Source: Squalus acanthias | Taxonomy: Eukaryota | Direction of reading: 5' to 3' | DNA length: 64,000 bases | Assembly (NCBI GenBank): GCA_030390025.1 | Contig: CM059450.1 | Location: 1,302,001-1,366,000 of the forward strand | Shown here: in pieces, positions 38,437-50,362 of the stretch | How positions within the stretch are numbered: position 1 is the first letter of the stretch | Layout of the letters: each line of letters opens with the position of its first letter | Translations under genes and position numbers: made by a program | Notes under the pieces: generated by a model | Database searches by the model: none | Seen by the model: the letters and a program-made list of their open reading frames with translations, nothing else | Told to the model about the DNA's origin: nothing

Positions 38437-40619
38437 TATACATGCTGGCGATGGTACGCAAGGGGGTAAGTGAACCAAAAAAAGGAAAACAAAACAAACG
38501 AACACAAAACAAAAAGGAAACCCATCTGCCATTTCACGTTTAACGCTACGAATGTGACTTGACTTGTCGTTTTCCCCCTTTCCAATGCTGTTTTTTGGTG
38601 CCGCCTGTACTGGATTGTACATATTTATTTATTTTTTTAAGCAGCCTGAGCTATATTTAGTAGTTGATTGATGGTGACTCCTACACATCTTACTCAGAGT
38701 TTTAACTACGGTTTTGCTGATTAATGCACCCTTTCTTTGTGTTTGTTTGTCCTTGTTCCCCCTCTCTCCCCCTTTCCTTGTATGTCACGCCTGTGAATGG
38801 TTACTCTGTTTCTCTGGGATTGTGCCTCCTTTTCTATTGGCTCAATGTGTGGCTTCTCCAATGGTTCTTGGCCCTTCTCGGTGCTCATGTTGCACACTGC
38901 TGGAAAACTGACTTTTGCCCCTCACCTAATGTTTAAACCCTTCACTACTATCTTTTATTTTTAATTTTTAAGTTTTTTTTTGGCATGTTCCTTGTTTCAT
39001 TGTTTTGTTCCATGGTTTTTAGATCCGTTTGTGTGTGGCCAAACAAAGGTAAACCTGATGCTTCTCAGGCTAATAATTGTGTGTAGACCTTTGACGGGTG
39101 AGTGTATTTTGCGAAGTGTTCTGATCGAGTCCATTGTTTCTGACAGAGTCCCTGCTCAAAGACCACCCATTTACAGTGACTTAATAAAAATTAAACTGCT
39201 GCTTTTTCTTTTAACATATATTTATTCCAAGTTAAAAACATGGGAAAACATTTTTATAAATGACACCAGTTTTCCTTTTTTTTAAAAAAGGCATTCCATT
39301 GTCTGATTTCTTTTTTAATCCTCTCCTGCAGGTGCTGATTCAAGCTGGCTTAAGGTTCCATAGCCACCAGCAGCCCTCCAGTACCTCACCAAAGTGGCAC
39401 TGTTCATTTGTGAGGCTAGCTAGCAAGTGTCATGAGGCTGTTCATTCGTGAAGGGGCATCACAGCTAAGGCTGATCTTTCCCTCACCTGACATCCGTCTA
39501 TATGTACTGCTAGTAAAGGTCACTGGACCGCAATAGTAGGGGAATATTGGCTGATTCACCCCCTCCTTAACCCCACTGACACACGTTGCTAAAGTGCCCT
39601 TGCTGCCAATCTTGTTTACCTATTGAATCAGTTGGAGAGCCTATTCAATTTTTACCACTCTATTTGAGTGGAATTCCTAAAGCATTGAATGTTAGAGTTA
39701 ACCATAGTCAGGTCACAAGGCAGAATAAGATGGGATGACAACATAAAAGTGCTCCATATCAGCATGGGCCTTACTGTTGATGAGGGACAAGTGAGAGTCC
39801 TGAACCATAATGATTGGAAGAAGCTGATTGTGGCAACACCCTCTTAAGGATAAGCCCCTAGACCATGATGATAGTTGCACATAAGTCGACAGTTACTCTT
39901 TGTAGTACAATGTCCCCACGGAAATTTCTGTAATTCTGTGCAATTCATTTAAGGTAAGAGTAATAATCTCAGTCCTAACCAGACATGGGAAACATGGCAA
40001 AGTTCTACCTCGATGTAGGTTAGTTTCTCCCCCCCCCCCACCCACCCCAAAACCACTTCCCGGATTCTAGTTTATTGAAAGACAATCGTTTTAACTTTTT
40101 GAGAGTAAGTCTAGTTTAATAGCTGAGTGGAACAACACCCTGTTAAAATATAATTCTGCTTCTATTCATTTTACTGACCTGCCATCAATAGAAATCATTT
40201 CAGTTCCTTTGCATAGCTAAAAATGACCAAACATGGATGGAATCAGGCCATCTATCTGTCCCGGACCCACTGGAATAAATGCAGCTTTCAATTGATGCTG
40301 TGTTGGTAACTCATGAATGACTGTGTCATAGAAGCACTGATGACTACAACTCTTGACACGTTGAACTCATCACTGAGACCTGAGTTCATGGTCTGTTGTG
40401 AAGAATTTCTGTGCTCTGATTGCTGTCTTTGTGCAACCTAGAAGGCATCGCATACGTTATCCTGTGTGGTGCAAGAAAGCTTGAAGGAGTCAGCACATGT
40501 AGTGAATATTGAGAGCTAAATTTCTCAGGCAGTAAATAAAAAGGAACAGGCTCCTCAGTGACTTCGCAAACACACTCCAACTCCCCCGGGGTTAATCTGG
40601 CGCATGGAAATGTGGATCT

Positions 40620-41470
40620 CATAGAATCTTACAGCACAGAAGGAGGCCATTTGGCCTATCATGCCTGTACCGGCTCTTTGAAGGAACTATCCAATTAGTT
40701 CCACCCTGCTCTTTCCCTATAGCCCTGCAAATGTTTCCTTTTCATGAATATATCCAATTTCCTTTTGAAAGTTATTATTGAATCTGCTTCCACCACCCTT
40801 TCAGGCAGTGCATTCCAAATTGTCATAACTCACTGCATTAAAAAAATGCTCCTCATCTCCCCTCTGGTTCTTTTTCAATTATCTTAACTCTGTGCCCCCT
40901 CGTTACCATCATTCCTGCCAATAGAAACAGTTTCTCTCCATCTACTCTTATCAAAGCCCCATATAATTTTGAACACCTCTGTTAAACCTCCCCTTAACCT
41001 TCTCTGCTCTAAGGAGAACAACCCCAACTTCTCCAGTCTCTCCACATCACTGAAGTCCCTCATCCCTGGTACCATTCTAGTAAATCTCTTCTGCACTCTC
41101 TCCAAGGCCTTGACATCCTTCCTAAAGTGTGGTGCCCAGAATTGGACACAATACTCCAGCCGAGGCCCAACCATTGATTTATAATAGTTTAGAATAACTT
41201 CCTTGCTTTTGTACTCTATGCCTCTATTTATAAATTCAAAGATCTGTGTGTTTTTTTTAACAGCCTTCTCAACTTGTCCTGCCACCTTCAAAGACTTGTG
41301 CACATGCACCCCCTTTAAAATTGTATCATTTAGTTTATATTGCCTCTCCTGTCTTCTCAAAATGCATCACTTCACACTCCTCTGCATTAAACTTCACCTA
41401 CCATGTGTCTGCCCATTTCACCAGTCTGTCCATATCCTCCTGGAGTCCGTTCCTATCCTCCTCCACTGTT
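40620..41470 (-). mobile_element. CR1 3' fragment
   Basis: Minus-strand ORF with LEYCVQFWAPHFRKDVKALERVQKRFTRM, followed by a CR1 3' UTR. Confidence 0.92.
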
Positions 41471-42123
41471 AACTACATTTCCAAACACAACTGCTTTGTG
41501 TGTCTGACCTTCCTATTGACCAGTTGTGTATTCTATTGTGAATGTGTATCGCCGACTATAACAGATCCCAATCCGTCCCACAATTCATTTCTAGAGGCCC
41601 ACTTGGCACAAACTCCTGTCCAAACTCATACTCTCCTCCTGAGAGGGGATGTATCCTCTGTGACACTGAGCTCCATCCAATAGTTTCTCCAACCACCTTG
41701 CCATTCTGACTGACTAAAGTACCTAATTTCTTAATCACTCACTTGTCCCAGCGCAGACAAAGCTCCCTCAAACTCCCAGCAAACAATTTGTACAATGGCT
41801 TTATTAACTATATCTGTGTGAACACCTGTGAATTCAGTTGTTTGAATATTATAGGGATAACTGGAAAAGAGCTTGCCTGAGAAACAATGGTTTACATTTG
41901 AGTGTCCTTGTTGAAAATATTAAAGATGTTTTGCAAATCATTAATAAATGCGAAAGTGTAAAGTAATTTGTAAATTTTCCTTCTAATTCAAACGTAATGT
42001 TATGGCCATCATAATTAGAGTAAATCTATCTTGGTTTTGCTAGACTTGCATGTTCTGTATTTTAAACTCCGTGACCTTTTCCTTGTCTAACGTGCTGGTT
42101 CTGTGTCGATCTGTGCACCTCAG

Positions 42124-42184
42124 GTAAACAATGCCACAGCTCGTGTGATGACTAATAAGAAAATGGTCAGCCCTTATGCAAATG
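42124..42184 (+). CDS. RBFOX2: RBFOX2 coding exon, 61 nt (VNNATARVMTNKKMVSPYAN-G)
   Basis: cctcAG acceptor, ATG|GTAAGT donor, phase 0/1. Confidence 0.97.
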
Positions 42185-43129
42185 GTAAGTATTTCAAGGA
42201 TTCAGCATGTACCAGTTTAGAGATGCTTTTGTGCAAGTTGTGTGACAGTGCTTCAAGTGCTCAGCGTTGAGGGTACAGTTTCCGCCAAGACACTAGATTC
42301 TTACAGAAGCAAAGTACTTGAGTAATTAAATGTACATGTTGAAAAGTTCCTTGGTGCGTAACCTTAATGCTTACATACTGTAAGCGGTGGTGTGGTACTA
42401 CATTCTACAGATTAGGACAGCCCCAGATTAACTGGCCTGTATTGAGTTAGCTGATTCGACCTAGTACGGCAGTGGGAAGTTATGGCCCCTGTTTCTCTGG
42501 CCTAGGAATAAGAAAATTGATGAAGGATCTTGCTCATGATCTCTATCCAGTGATCTCTGCTGGGAAGTGGGTGCTTGTGCATCTCTGTGGATTTATGAAG
42601 ATGAATGGAATAAACTGCCAAGTAAGGTAGTCAAGACAAAGATATTGGAGAAGTTAGATGCTAGGCTGGGGAGAGTTAGAGAACTGGAGAGGCAAGCATT
42701 GATTGGCTGGCCTCTTCTCATTGACTGTTATACTCTGATTGGAGGCTGTTGTTCACAAGGTTGGGTTTGGCTGTGATGACCCCACAGAGAAATAACTCAC
42801 CAGTGTTTCATTTGAAGCTCAAGTGTGAAGAATGGCCATTTTGGTGAGGTGTCTGGAAGCTGCTACCACTCGGGGAACCTCATCTCTGCATCCATTCGTA
42901 CCTTCAGGCAAAAAACTTATGAAAACAAAATAGCTCAATTTTATAACTGGACTATTCAGCGCAGTGTTTTCAGGGACAGAAAAGTGCAATTCTGGAAGAG
43001 CATTACTACCAGTCATTGAAATAACCACAGTCCAAACTGTTCCATTCTTCTCTCAATGTGCAGTCGAGTAACTGGCAGTGATAAAAATATATATGCATTT
43101 GGGGAACAGGAGAGAAAGGAGAAACCTAA

Positions 43130-43610
43130 CCGCATGTCTTGAGTGTAATTTACTCTTGAACGATAATTCCAATCATCATTTGTGATGTAGCAATTTAAAA
43201 AGTCAATAGAGTGTTGGGATCTAAGCCAACAGAAGTTATGCTAAGGCTTTGCTGTGCATTGGTGAGACCCTATTTGGGGCAGATTGTTAAACTCTGGTTA
43301 CTACACTACAAAAAGGAGGTACATACATCAGGGAGGGTGTAAAGAAAAACAGCAAGACTGATCCCAAGTGTGAAGGGAGTGAGCTATGAGGAAAGTTTAG
43401 AGAGGCTGAAGCTTCACAGTCGAGAGAGAAGATGGTTAAATGGTACCTGATCGAGGCATTGTATTACATGTGTACATATAGACTATAGAGCTGGAATATT
43501 TAAGTAAGCAAGGCTCGTAGGACCAGAGAGCATCACTTTAAATTAGTGGAAAGTTTAAAGAGATATATTTCTATATTATTCACAGGGTAATAAATGTATG
43601 GAATGTAGGC
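43130..43610 (+). mobile_element. Degenerate CR1 ORF2 C-terminal fragment
   Basis: Remnants of ALVRP..., RLIP..KGxSYEExLERL. Confidence 0.65.
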
Positions 43611-45093
43611 TTGTAGCCACAGTTGCGCATAGTGAGAGTTTGATCGCAGCTGTCCAGTTGAGAGTTGCCAGATGAAAGATGGATGGTTCTCCAGAGGCAG
43701 GAGGAGAAAATCAGTGACTTAGGTCACTCTGGGACTAATCTTGTGTACCTCTCTCATGATGGAAGAGTGGCATTAACACAGTCTTAATGTGACTGCATGA
43801 CATTATTCTTCGATTGGACTGGCCAAATCTCTTAACTGGATGGGAGTGGGATTATATATTTTTTAAAGAACTGTATGTACAGATACCTGTGCCTACACAA
43901 ACATGAGCACGCCCACTAGCAGGTGTGCACACGTGGAGAAGTGCCACGCTCCGTTGTGTACATGTAGAACAGTCGTGCTCACAGGTGCACAAAAGTGAAA
44001 TGAGCTCACTTGCACACATGGTTTTTAAAAAATAAAAATAAAGCCGCACTTAAAACTGGACTGACCAGTTCAGAACCATAATGAAGGAAGCAAGAGTATG
44101 GAGAGCATATTTTTTAAGGTGCAGAATAATGAGTTAAGTGATGATTCACACATCACTGACAGATGGCATAGCTTACTAAAATTGTCGAGATGGGCCCAGT
44201 GGCAGAACTCATGAGACTGCACAGTACTAAGGCCCAGCAGACTGCTTTACATCCAGCTTTGGCTGACACATACGCTTTTAGTACAGGCTTAATATCAGGT
44301 TCTGGATTAAATTCCGTTTCCCTTTTATTTTACACCTCCTCTTCCCCGCTTCCAATTTTCTCCCCATTGCCGAAGCTTGTCAACTCAGTGCTGGGCTTCA
44401 GGTTCCATGGGGACCAGGCACCCTCCAAGCGGTCATTCTTAACGTGTGAACCCAGATGGTGAATGTTCTTTTATAGGGCACATCACGGCTGAGCTCAATC
44501 CCATGTTCCCTCAGTGCCCACACAGATAACCCAGGAAAGATTGCTGGGCGATGATCAGTAGCACAAATCCTGGCTGGCTTCCCACAGGGGCACTGAAGTC
44601 AGTTGCAGCTCCCGACTGTCGCTCCACTGCCAGAGATCAGCTGACAACACAGACCAGTGATTGAAGTTGGGGCACTCATGGCCTGTGTGGTTCAGCTAGT
44701 CATTGCTTAAACCAGCTGAGCCATCAGAGGCATATGGGTTAGAATTTTAAATTACTGTTATGTCCAACTGCAAGCCTGGAATAAGTTTTGAAATATCTGA
44801 TAGCTATTGTTAACACAGTTTACACAGTGTAGGCCGAGATTGAAGTACTGTTTCCTAAGTGACTGTAGCAATTTGTTTCTTCTCCCAAATGGCTATCTTC
44901 AAATAGAAGCTTAGCCATTCTACTTGAGCTGGGAGAGTATCCAATCTGGTCTGGTCGTGTCCTCCCCTCCCCTGATATCCAGGCATGTTCCACCAGGTGC
45001 CATGGGAACCCTGGCTAATTAACCCTTTCCCCAGCTCGGCATTGAGAGCTGCTCAGGCTGAGATCTGCTAACTCAGCACAGTTGGGGAGCAAA

Positions 45094-45274
45094 ACTGGGG
45101 CCATCTAGTCTATATGGCTCAGTGCCACACTGGGACCATCTAGTCTATATGGCTCAGTGCCACACTGGGACCATCTAGTCTATATGGCTCGGTGCCACAC
45201 TGGGACCATCTAGTCTATATGGCTCGGTGCCACACTGGGACCATCTAGTCTATATGGCTCGGTGCCACACTGGG
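45094..45274. repeat. Minisatellite, 35-bp unit x5 (GGGACCATCTAGTCTATATGGCTCRGTGCCACACT)
   Basis: CCATCTAG recurs at 45101, 45136, 45171, 45206 and 45241. Confidence 0.97.
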
Positions 45275-45309
45275 TGTTGATTTTAACCACAAGGATACGA
45301 GGAGCTACT

Positions 45310-45690
45310 CCTCTGGTGGCTTCCTATCTCTCTAATGCCTCAAATTTAAAATTCTCATCCTTGTGCTTAAGTTCCCTTGCGCCTCCTGACCTTGTCTCTG
45401 TAACCTCCTCCAGTCCTACAACTGTTCCCTCCACCACCTCTCCCAAACACACACTTCCTCTGACTTCACACTCTTGTGCATCCATGTGCACCATTGGTGG
45501 CCGTGCCTTGAGCTGCATAGGTACCACGCTCTGGAATTCCCTCCCTAAAACTCTCCACCTTCCCAGCTCCTTCTCCTTGAAAACCCTTCCTCAAACGTGT
45601 CTCGAGCATGTTTTTGATCACCACTCTTGGTATCTTTTTTTTGATATGCCTGTGTGAAGTACTTTGGGACAATTTTCTACTTTAAAGGCA
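45310..45690 (+). mobile_element. L2-clade LINE 3' fragment
   Basis: TIGGRALSCIGTTLWNSLP motif and an L2-type tail. Confidence 0.75.
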
Positions 45691-46269
45691 CTGTCAGTGA
45701 GTTGGTTTATATTTATTGAAAAGGTTTTTTCGATCAGTACTTTTGGAAGTCATGGCAACCATCTGTGTGTGTCTGCAGGGTGCTTTACTAATGCAGGTTT
45801 ATTTTTTTTTGCCAATCTGCTCCCTGCCTTCCTCTCCTGATGGTATTACCTCTGTGCTGGAGTACAGTTCCACAGGTGACTCGCCAAGTGGCATCAATTG
45901 CCCTCCAGTACTTGGCCCAGTAGCTTGTGTTTGTGCTGAGCCCTGACGCTGAGTGTTAGAAGGCCTGCTCTTGTCCTCATGCAGTATTCGCTTCCAGCTT
46001 GAGCATTGGATGATTTTTTCTTTCTATAACCCCAGGATGCTGAGGACAATTGCTCCTCACAAAGACTCAGCACATGAACCTGGATCTTCCTGGTCTTTCT
46101 GGCTCATTGGATAAAGTTGCTGAGCCATTGGGGAGCTCTGCAGCACAGATTAATCCACTAGAATAGAGTAGCTAGAAAGACTAGCATCTACAGATATTCT
46201 GGTTGTTTATTGCTGATTAGTTGTTGGGTACTCTTTGTGTTATGTTGTTTCCAATTGCAGCTTGATGTT

Positions 46270-46575
46270 AGAACATAGAAAAATAGGACCAGGAGTAGGC
46301 CATTCGGCCCTTCGAGCCTGTTCCGCCATTCAATATGATCATGGCTGATCCTCTATCTCAATACCATATTCCCGCTCTCTCCCCATACCCCTTGATGCCT
46401 TTTGCGTCTAGAAATCTATCTATCTCCTTCTTAAATATATTCAGTGACTTGGCCTCCACAGCCTTCTGTGGTAGAGAATTTCACAGGTTCACCACCCTCT
46501 GAGTGAACAAATTTCTCCTCATCTCAGTCCTAAATGTCCTACCCTGTATCCTGAGACTGTGACCCCTCGTTCTAG
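46270..46575 (-). mobile_element. Young CR1 3' fragment
   Basis: Reverse complement of the CR1 3' UTR and ORF2 end seen at about 10640-10950. Confidence 0.9.
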
Positions 46576-46612
46576 ACTCATTTGCCTCCATTTTAATTGG
46601 ATTTGTCTTTAA

Positions 46613-46714
<102 letters not shown>

Positions 46715-47469
46715 TAAAGAAAAACAGTCTCACCTAGGATTAAACTATCTGAGTTTCTATTTTTTTAAGGATTCCACTGAAATGCGATCTGAAAATATGT
46801 ATAAATTTGGCAGTGAGAATTTGGCTTCTGTACATTTGAATATTACTATTCAGTAGGATCTTTAGTAAATAATTTTAATCTTGCTATCGGAAGCAGAACT
46901 GTGGCAGACTTCCCCCTCCCTAGGCCAGGGTGCTGAGATCAGCTCACTGAGCACAGGCTGGGACCTGTTGGACTGCACGGTGTACAATATTACACACTGC
47001 CTTTTGTAACTGAGCATCGAGAGCCCTTGAGCAAAGGTGGGATCTGTGGCACTTTGCCAGCTGCTGAAATCAAATGATCATTAGGGTGTTCTTCCGTGTG
47101 GTACTACTTGGTTCTTGGAGCAGGGTTTTTGCTCCAATAAAGACTGCCCAGTTCTCCATCTCAAGTGGAAATATACAGAATGAACCTTTTAAAAGGAGAA
47201 AATGCAGTCAACATTCAGATGAAAAGAGTAAACAAAATTGGAATAATCCGTGGGAATTAGAAAATTGGAGATAATCTGAATAATCTATTAGTATTGTCTA
47301 TGATTTATTATGATTGTTTTCTTGGGGGAGGTGGATATGTAGTGCAGTGAACTTGGGTTTTACGTACAAAATCACAGTCTAATATAAAGTGCACAGCGTA
47401 TTTACCAGTAAGACACGGCCGGGCAAAATAAGGTTTTAATACTGGTCATGTGATGCCATATACTTTCAG

Positions 47470-47544
47470 GTCCTGCATCACTATCATCTTTACCCTTTCA
47501 CCTACATCCCGTCGCCTCTACAGCACTCAGCCCAACACACAACG
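47470..47544 (+). CDS. Candidate 75-nt alternative exon (GPASLSSLPFHLHPVASTALSPTHN)
   Basis: actttcAG acceptor, ACG|GTAAGA donor, phase 1/1, no stop in the RBFOX frame; no homology recognised. Confidence 0.5.
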
Positions 47545-48814
47545 GTAAGACCAGTTGAAAACAAATGTTCTATTTAAATAAACTACACTATACATTATAG
47601 GAGATGAACAGCAGCCATAGGGTTTGAGGCCCTAATACAGTCTCCACCCATCTCTTCATAAAACGTTTGAACTTTGCTATTGCCGTTTGTGACATCAAAA
47701 CTGTTGGGTTGAATTTGTTGCCCTGTGATTTGCTGCTGTTCCTTTGTTGTACTCCTTCTGGTTCCTCGTACTCTGTGTTTCATCCTTCTGCTTCAGTTCT
47801 AGCTTCACCAAGAGTGTTTTGCTGGCTCAGTTTGAGAACCACTCAGTCACATATTTTATTCAAATTTATTGTCGAGGATGAGTGAGTCTTGATTGAAGGG
47901 CCTTCTATGTGCGTACCATCATATTGTAGGTGGTTGCACTGTGAAGTACAGATGGGATATATGCAGATTAAAGCTCCCTGTATGTTGCCCGATCTGAAAA
48001 CACCGACCGATACTGCATCAGCGTAACATTGAAGGCTGGTGTGGCAAATGGAACAAAGATTACGAACATACAAAAGATGACCAGCTGGTCTATCGAGCTT
48101 GTCCTATATTATCATGGGGTAACCTCTGCAGACCATCACCACTGATTTCTCCCCCCCCCCCCCCCCCCCCCATCACCCACAAGCCACAAAATCTCCTGGG
48201 AGAGGCTAAAAACCATAGAAAATACCCATGGGCCAATTTAGGGAAAAAATCTGGGAAATTCCTCTCTGCATTAGAAGGCTCAACTATACATGCTTCCTGT
48301 TGCACACTGGATTGAGACTTTCTATTTCACACTGAACCCTGACATGCAGCAAATAGAGACTTTCATCCCATGAATCAGAGCTGGTTTAAGCCAGGTCCTA
48401 CAGGTGAAAGAGCAGTGACTAATGCACTGCACCATCCAGTCCCACTTTTTCTTAATTTAGAAACAATCATTGTGAAGTTCCTGCTTGTGTATGATTAACA
48501 TATTCTCTTAAACTTTGATATATTTTATACTGAGACAATGTTGGTATACTGCAGACAAAATAACACAAACATACTTTGCATTGTATAGGTGAGCCTTCTA
48601 ATGCTAAATTTATTAATGCAAAGGCCTTTTAGTTTATAGTGATGCCTGCATGCTTGTCAGTACATTTTTTTATTGGCATGCTTTGACTGGTTTTTGATTG
48701 ATTGCCGCAACCACTGTTGCCTTTCATGGAAAGATTGTTTTTCTTGTTAGTTATTTTGAACTGGTGTTTACAACAGCATCCTAATTCTCTCTCCTCCATT
48801 CCCTGAATCCTCAG

Positions 48815-48944
48815 TTCCTGGTTTCCCATATCAAGCAGCCACCACAGCGGCTGCACTGAGAGGTGCCCTGAGAGGACGAGGTCGTGCAGTCTACAGCGCA
48901 TTCCGTGCAGCAGCGCCTCCCACCGCCATCCCAACCTATGGAGG
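48815..48944 (+). CDS. RBFOX2: RBFOX2 coding exon, 130 nt ([44 protein letters not shown])
   Basis: Pyrimidine tract plus tcAG acceptor, AGG|GTAAGC donor, phase 1/2. Confidence 0.96.
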
Positions 48945-49944
48945 GTAAGCAGACATGTTTGGAAGTGAATTAACAATCTTTGAGCATGGAGTTTCCAAAT
49001 GGATAACTCACTAAATCTAACATCAGTGCTGTCTCCAGTTACTCTGAACATTTTATACTGCTTGTTTAATGTCACAATTTTGCAACTTGTTCTTGCACCA
49101 CTCTAACTGGTACAATAGAGGACCCCAGATTGACCCCTTTCCCTTCATCTCAGCTCACCGTGGGCAAGTAAAGAATCTTTGTTCAGTATTTTGCTCTGAC
49201 TGAGTTTGGGCGTTTAATGTGGAGAATCATGGGTGTACTGCAGAATTCATGATGTAGTGCATTGATCATACCAGTGTGCCACACACCTACCTGCCCACTA
49301 TACACAGTAATGTCCTGATTGTACTTGACAGCCTGTGAATTAAGCAGAGAACAGACTAACAGGTTAAGCTGCGTGTGCTGTCTTCAGCTAAATTCATAGA
49401 TTGCACTGTTAGTTATTTGCAATGCATCGCTATTCCAAATATTTGAATAATTAAGGGAGTGGATACTATGGAATGGTTCAGGGTAACTGCAGGATGTGAT
49501 CCATGGGCTCACACGGTATAGGGGTGGGTTAAGGGGCTTCTACTGCTGTAAGTTGAATTAATTAGCACTATGCCACCATTCAAGTCTGTTATCTTTTTAT
49601 TAATATAGAAATGACCAAATTTACTTTTTTTTATAATTGTAGTAGTGAACTACCAACCTCTGGTGCAGCTTCTCGAGATTAATTTCATAGTTTTCTGTTT
49701 TTTTACTTAATGCCAAGCTATACAGGCAATTTATGAAGGTGTTTATTCCCAAATGCTTCACAAATACTGTGCTGTTGGCTCCCCTTTTCCAGAGGGAGTG
49801 AGAATTGCATACTTAATTTAATTTGTATCTTAATCTGTGAGGTTTGCTGCTCACTATGAAATTGTCCACTCCACTCACCGTCCCTGACCACCCACATAGG
49901 CTGAGATCTGCTGTCAGTCCTCTGCTATACGTATAGATACTGAT

Positions 49945-50362
49945 CTTGGGGTGAGTGATTCCCGGTGTGGGCACTGAGCTTGGGATGAGTGATTCCCAGT
50001 GTGGGCACTGAGCTTGGGATGAGTGATTCCCAGTGTGGGCACTGAGCTTGGGATGAGTGATTCCCAGTGTGGGCACTGAGCTTGGGATGAGTGATTCCCA
50101 GTGTGGGCACTGAGCTTGGGATGAGTGATTCCCAGTGTGGGCACTGAGCTTGGGATGAGTGATTCCCAGTGTGGGCACTGAGCTTGGGATGAGTGATTCC
50201 CAGTGTGGGCACTGAGCTTGGGATGAGTGATTCCCAGTGTGGGCACTGAGCTTGGGATGAGTGATTCCCAGTGTGGGCACTGAGCTTGGGATGAGTGATT
50301 CCCAGTGTGGGCACTGAGCTTGGGATGAGTGATTCCCGGTGTGGGCACTGAGCTTGGGGTGA
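49945..50362. repeat. Minisatellite, 34-bp unit x12 (GAGTGATTCCCAGTGTGGGCACTGAGCTTGGGAT)
   Basis: GAGTGATT recurs every 34 nt from 49953 to 50327; no spacers. Confidence 0.98.

Noticed and set aside
49945-50362. CRISPR-like array of about 34-bp repeats (also 45094-45274)
   Set aside because: Units are head-to-tail with no unique spacers, there are no cas genes, and the context is a vertebrate intron.
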